41,130 bases of DNA from an uncultured Gammaproteobacteria bacterium. GTDB taxonomy: Bacteria > Patescibacteriota > Microgenomatia > UBA12405. How positions within the stretch are numbered: the first letter of the stretch is position 1; each line of letters starts with the position of its first letter. The translations under genes and the position numbers were made by a program. Below the pieces are notes generated by a model that saw only the letters and a program-made list of their open reading frames with translations, searched no databases and was not told where the DNA came from. The stretch is taken from assembly GCA_964408055.1 (NCBI GenBank), contig CAYOXV010000003.1, positions 1,437-42,566 of the forward strand, given 5' to 3'. Shown piece after piece: positions 39,489-41,130 of the stretch.

Positions 39489-39956
39489 ATGAATACTATT
39501 GTTGGCTATTCCAAAAAAGTTTTAGAACACTTTAGAAATCCTCACAATTTTGGTTCTATAGATAATCCCACTTCCTTAGGTCAAGTTGGTAATCCTGCCT
39601 GTGGTGATGTTATGAAACTTTATCTAAAAATAGATAAAAATAAACAAAATCAAGATTTTATTAGCGATATCAAATTTGAAACGATGGGTTGTGCTGCTGC
39701 CATTGCTACTAGTAGTGCCGTTACCGACCTAGCTAAAGGTAAAACTCTTGAAGAGGCTATTGCTTTAGATAATAAAGATGTTGTTAAGGCCCTTGAATAT
39801 CTACCATCAATCAAGATTCATTGCTCTCTCCTCGCCATAGATGCCTTAAATGAAGCTATCTACAACTATTATCAACAAACTAAACATCCAATTTCTAAAT
39901 CTCTACAAAAGAAACATAATCGCATTACTATTTGTCAAACTCTTTTAAATCATTGA
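39489..39956 (+). CDS. iscU: Fe-S cluster assembly scaffold (IscU/NifU N-terminal type)
   Basis: The three conserved Cys lie in GNPACGDVMKLYL, MGCAAAIATSS and IHCSLLA. Confidence 0.88.
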   Translation: MNTIVGYSKKVLEHFRNPHNFGSIDNPTSLGQVGNPACGDVMKLYLKIDKNKQNQDFISDIKFETMGCAAAIATSSAVTDLAKGKTLEEAIALDNKDVVKALEYLPSIKIHCSLLAIDALNEAIYNYYQQTKHPISKSLQKKHNRITICQTLLNH

Positions 39957-39967
39957 TAAAATAAACT

Positions 39968-40426
39968 ATGTTTTTAGTCAAAACCGCTTATGCTCAATGT
40001 CCTGTTTGTGTCATCACTGTCGGTGGAGGCATGTTTTTAGCCAAAAAACTTGGGATTGATGATTTTTTGGTCTCTCTTTGGATTTCTGGTCTTAATACTG
40101 CTATTTCTTTTTGGTTAGCCCCCAAAATTAAAAACCGAGTTTTAAGTAGTCCTATTATTCTTTCTTTATTAATGTTTGCTCTTACTTTATCCTATTTTAT
40201 TTTTACCAATCAAACCGGTTCATCTACTAATCAAATTTTAGGTTTAGACAAAATAATTTTTGGTCAAAGTGTTGGTCTTTTAATTTGGTTTTTGGGTATT
40301 TTTGTTGATCGTAAATCTCGTGTTCTTAATGGGGGTAAAATTCTCTTTCCTTATCAAAAAGTTATCTTTCCTATTAGTATCCTTATTATTTTCACTCTAA
40401 TTTTTAAGTTAATTTTTAAACTCTAA
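39968..40426 (+). CDS. Small polytopic membrane protein with N-terminal MFLVKTAYAQCPVC motif
   Basis: The 152-aa ORF has about 4 TM helices. Its N-terminal decapeptide closely resembles that of pilin paralog 4 (MDFIKPIYAQ). Confidence 0.5.
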   Translation: MFLVKTAYAQCPVCVITVGGGMFLAKKLGIDDFLVSLWISGLNTAISFWLAPKIKNRVLSSPIILSLLMFALTLSYFIFTNQTGSSTNQILGLDKIIFGQSVGLLIWFLGIFVDRKSRVLNGGKILFPYQKVIFPISILIIFTLIFKLIFKL

Positions 40427-40908
40427 TGAAAATCATTTCTATTGACAATCATACAATCTCTACAGATTGTATTGGCTGTTCTTTAGCAAGAAAAGAATTT
40501 GATCCATATGGAGGTATTATTTTTGAATCAAAATATTTTATTGTTGCCCCAGATATTGAAATTCCCATTCCAGGTTTTATTATTATTAGTTCAAAAAGAC
40601 ATATTTCATCAATTTTAGATTTTTCCCAAGACGAATTATCTGATTTTAATCAGTTACTAACTGATACCAGGAAAGCGATAAAACAAGCACTACCTAATAT
40701 TACAATAACTATGGTTCAAAAAGAAAATCGCCCTCATTTTCACATTTGGTTTTTCCCAAAATTCGATTGGATGGAAAAATTTGGTGAAAAATTAAGTGGA
40801 ATTTCTGAACTTCTAGTATATTCTCGTAAAAATTTAAAAAAGGAGACTAATTTAAAGGAATTATTGAATGTTAATTTAAAAATTAAAAATTATTTTGAAA
40901 AACTATGA
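40426..40908 (+). CDS. HIT-superfamily-like protein with a non-canonical triad (HFHIW)
   Basis: The 160-aa ORF has an N-terminal CIGCSL (typical HIT CxxC position) and RPHFHIWFFP, where canonical HIT proteins have HxHxHxx. Confidence 0.55.
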   Translation: MKIISIDNHTISTDCIGCSLARKEFDPYGGIIFESKYFIVAPDIEIPIPGFIIISSKRHISSILDFSQDELSDFNQLLTDTRKAIKQALPNITITMVQKENRPHFHIWFFPKFDWMEKFGEKLSGISELLVYSRKNLKKETNLKELLNVNLKIKNYFEKL

Positions 40909-41130
40909 CAACAACTAAAGATCTTCAAAAATTTATAGATTCTGCTAAGAAAATTGAAAAAGGTCATCAACTTGATCTCTCTTCTGGTGAAGATTTATCC
41001 CTTGCCATTATGAACCTTATTGGTATTGAGGAACATATGTTTTTTACCTCTCAAAAACTTGGTGATACTAAATATATTGATGTTTTAGATACTGCCAGGG
41101 AAATGAGAAAAGAGTTAATGAAAAAAATTG
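40905..41130 (+). CDS. Hypothetical protein, N-terminal fragment (runs off the window edge)
   Basis: Not in the ORF track. The ATG at 40905 forms an ATGA overlap with the HIT-like stop. It reads MTTTKDLQKFIDSAKKIEKGHQLDLSSGEDLSLAIMNLIGIEEHMFFTSQKLGDTKYIDVLDTAREMRKELMKKI and stays open to the window end. Confidence 0.45.
   Translation, partial: MTTTKDLQKFIDSAKKIEKGHQLDLSSGEDLSLAIMNLIGIEEHMFFTSQKLGDTKYIDVLDTAREMRKELMKKI

Noticed and set aside
1-41130. UGA might be recoded (genetic code 25 or 4), as in some candidate-phyla bacteria.
   Set aside because: TGA terminates several well-conserved genes at the expected length (rnpA, yidD, iscU, the HIT-like gene). No conserved protein needs an in-frame TGA.
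1-41130. The T4SS genes might belong to an integrative conjugative element or prophage. I also looked for CRISPR arrays, tRNA genes and rRNA genes.
   Set aside because: No integrase, recombinase, relaxase, coupling protein, terminal repeats, tRNA, rRNA or CRISPR-like repeat-spacer pattern was seen on either strand. The blocks are embedded among core origin-proximal genes.

Overview
This is a visibly AT-rich, tightly packed bacterial chromosome segment around the replication origin. On the minus strand it carries rpmH-rnpA-yidD-yidC-jag. On the plus strand it carries dnaA-dnaN, with DnaA boxes on both sides of dnaA. Small genes, the domain repertoire and split or standalone enzymes suggest a Patescibacteria/CPR-like organism; that assignment is inference only. 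Standard genetic code applies, since TGA is used as a stop.

The main accessory content is a monoderm-type type IV secretion (T4SS)-like apparatus split into two blocks that bracket the origin.
- Block A (3595-9165, + strand) has six tandem VirB2/TrbC-like pilin paralogs, a SpoIID-like wall enzyme and a VirB6/TrbL-like polytopic protein.
- Block B (32979-25507, - strand) has a PrgI/VirB3-like protein, a 233-aa VirB4-N-domain-like protein, the VirB4 ATPase, a 976-aa membrane protein carrying NlpC/P60 and EEP nuclease/phosphatase domains, and a small anchored acidic protein.
- No relaxase, coupling protein, integrase, tRNA, rRNA, CRISPR or transposase is visible.

The left edge holds an ATP-grasp peptide-ligase cluster: a 7TM protein, an ATP-grasp::retropepsin fusion, and two RimK-like genes. 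Other content:
- ftsH
- an orphan 778-aa protein
- a JAB-like protein
- a cell-envelope glycan block (RNHCP, pseudo-epimerase::DUF4012, flippase, O-antigen-ligase-like)
- a standalone 5'-3' exonuclease
- a GT4 glycosyltransferase
- trxB and mutM
- an Rrf2::cysteine-desulfurase fusion with iscU
- a HIT-like protein

A window-wide regulatory signal stands out. Most operon-first genes have a TATAAT/TAAAAT box, often with a TGn extension, 5-8 nt before the ATG and no Shine-Dalgarno sequence. This implies leaderless mRNAs.

All family assignments come from motif recognition by eye on the supplied translations. No searches were run.
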